A stretch of 64,000 nucleotides of DNA, from assembly GCA_034780895.1 (NCBI GenBank), contig JAUZTB010000098.1:84592980-84656979 (forward strand), read 5' to 3'. The first letter of the stretch is position 1; each line of letters begins with the position of its first letter. Shown here piece by piece: positions 61,965 to 64,000 of this stretch. A program made the translations under genes and the position numbers. This DNA comes from Rhynchobatus australiae (lineage: Eukaryota). Under the pieces are notes generated by a model. That model was not told the DNA's origin. It was given only the letters and a program-made list of their open reading frames with translations, and did not search any database.

Positions 61965-62360
61965 CACAGCCCTGTCTCAGTTGATGTGCTCTCACTTATG
62001 AGTCAGAAGGTTGCAGATTCAAGTCCCATTCCAGAGACTTGTGCACATAACCTGGGCATATCATTGCCTTCATTACTCAATGAGTCCTGTACTGGCAGAC
62101 ATGCCAGCTTATTGAGGAAATATTAAACTGAGACTGTCTTTATCCTTTAGATTCATTAGAAAATCATATGAGGTTATTTGGAGAACAGCAGGGAAGTTAT
62201 CTCTGTGTCCTGGTCACCATCAATCAACAACACCACAAAGTAGAAAGTGTGGCCATCATTTGTTTGCTGTTTCTGGGACCTTGGTGTGCACAAGTTTGCT
62301 GTTGCTTTGGAATAGTCACTATGGCTTGATTGGCTCTGAAGTGCTTTAGGATGTGAAACA
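61965..62360 (+). mobile_element. DeuSINE (SacSINE1-like), near full length
   Basis: Head ctcagttg...tgagtcagaaggttgcagattcaagtcccattccagagacttg, Deu-domain ttaaactgag...gaacagcagggaagttatctctgtgtcctgg...tttgctgtttctgggacc, tail gattggctctgaagtgctttaggatg. Confidence 0.65.
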
Positions 62361-63674
62361 GTATAGTTGTAGGTTTATTCAGGTGCATAGTTGTCTCATT
62401 CTCAAAAGGTTTGGAGCGTTAGACTCCCAGCTCTCGAACTATATCCAAAAGACAAGTTAGCCCTTCAATGCTTTGGTAATAGAGGAGGGTCATGCAGCTG
62501 AATTAAAAACTTGTATGCCTGAGAGCAGGCTGTGGCTGCACTACCTGTAGCAATAGAGCAATACTGCATCAGTCCTTTATGGGGTTGACTGTTGAATTGT
62601 AAATGTCAATGGCTGCCCTTTGCAGGTGAACATCAGGTTTGGTGATATTCGAAGAAAGAAGTAGTACCTACGGAAAATGAGAGTAACATTCAACTAGCTT
62701 CCGCTGTGGAGTCCTTTAAACCAGTGAGAAAACAAACAACAGAGTTTTCACACAGTTATGACTCACTTTGCTTTAAGATACTCACAGATATCACTGTATC
62801 ATAGTATTAATATCAAAATTTGGAAATGAATCTTCTGCTGGGGCATACTTTACTGCCCTCTGCATCATGCTCCCCTACTCACCTCCAACTGGAAACTCAA
62901 GGCTGTAATTGTACAGTAGTTTTGCAAAGCCTGCAAATAAATAAAATTGTTTTATAATCTAGTTGGTCAGTTAAAATCTTTACTTTGCAGTGTGTTGCCT
63001 GTGGCTGATGATTGTTAAGTGTTTCTCCAACTGTGTAACACTCCATTACTACCAATAGTATTGGCCACTCTCTGTGGGAAATAATCTGTAAATAGTGCCC
63101 AGATACATTGTGTGAGATTGATTGCTTACTTCCAACAGGGAATTCTGCTGCTGCTCTCCATTTGTACTTCACTCTTGCTTTCCTTCACTACAGTCTTCAG
63201 TGTTAGTTTAAGGCTATGTAATAGATATTTATATATAAATAATTAGATTTCTCAGTCACCATCTATAAGATCTGTGGTTTTCTTTGTGTTGTTGCAGGCA
63301 TTGGTAACGAGGTATATAGGTAGTGCTAGAAGCTAAAAATACATTGAGTACAGCAACTCTCAGCAAAACTGCAATGCCTGAGTATCACATACCATGAGCT
63401 AGAAACCAGTTATTAAAGGTATTCAATGCACTACACTACTTCCCCTTTAAAAATGAAATAAACTCATACAATCAATTAAACCATTCATACACATAAAATA
63501 ATACAAAAGGTTAACTATTTACATAATAAAACAGTTGTAAATTCAACCAGCTATGAATCCAATTGATTTCTTGGTCTCTTTGTTCACTGTAAGCTGCATT
63601 TGACATTAATGAAGTATTACTCCAAGCACTAATAATTACAGTAGATAACTTTTCCAAATAGGCTGCATATAAAC

Positions 63675-63872
63675 ATGAAATAAAAACAAAAGATGCTGGA
63701 AACTTTCAGCGTGTCATCCAGCATCTGTGGAAAGGGAAACAGAATTAATTGTTCAGTTAAAAAACCTTTCATCAGTTCTGAAAAGTTAACATACATGCTG
63801 CCTGACCTGCTGAATGTTTCCAGTATTTTTTCTTTTTATTTCAGGTTTCCAGTATCTGCTGTTTTTGATTCT
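63675..63872. mobile_element. Palindromic Penelope-derived short element
   Basis: aaataaaaacaaaagatgctggaaactttcagc...cagcatctgtgg mirrored by atgctgcctgacctgctgaatgtttccagtattttttctttttatttc. Same family as 2468-2690. Confidence 0.7.
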
Positions 63873-64000
63873 CTCATAAACCTGGTCACTCATCCTGTTC
63901 TGCTGTGGTTGCCTCAACATAATTGTCTTCATGACTTTTGAACATACTGATTTAAGTAATCTTCTTAGTGTCATGTCTATGCACTAAACCATTCACATAA

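Noticed and set aside
62626-62720. Acceptor-like cccttTGCAG as the next AHRR exon (similar candidates near 39386, 54271 and 63298)
   Set aside because: In the required phase-1 frame it hits a stop at 62643. The other candidates stop early or show no similarity to the expected ...EG.LLLE-type exon end.

Overview
Eukaryotic, AT-rich, CpG-depleted, gap-containing draft sequence from a cartilaginous fish. The repeat landscape (HER1/CR1 LINEs, HE1-type V-SINEs, SacSINE1-like DeuSINEs, Penelope-type inverted repeats) points to an elasmobranch, probably a ray/batoid. The only confident host coding feature is one 182-bp exon (26188-26369, +) encoding the bHLH domain of the aryl hydrocarbon receptor repressor (AHRR). 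The rest of the window appears to be the two very large introns flanking it. These are filled with decayed CR1, L2, Rex1/Babar, L1, Penelope, Ty3/Gypsy and Tc1/mariner-type elements, many nested. I found no prokaryotic features (CRISPR, operons), no RNA genes and no convincing wholly new system. The best leads are: (i) a phase-compatible candidate extra or alternative AHRR exon at 10968-11042 next to a Z-DNA/GCGTG-rich tract; (ii) Penelope-bounded fold-back and composite insertions with target-site duplications; (iii) 16-17-bp direct repeats flanking 100-N gaps; (iv) two Gypsy relics that the ORF track mostly misses. Repeat family names are from pattern recall, not database searches, and most repeat boundaries are approximate.
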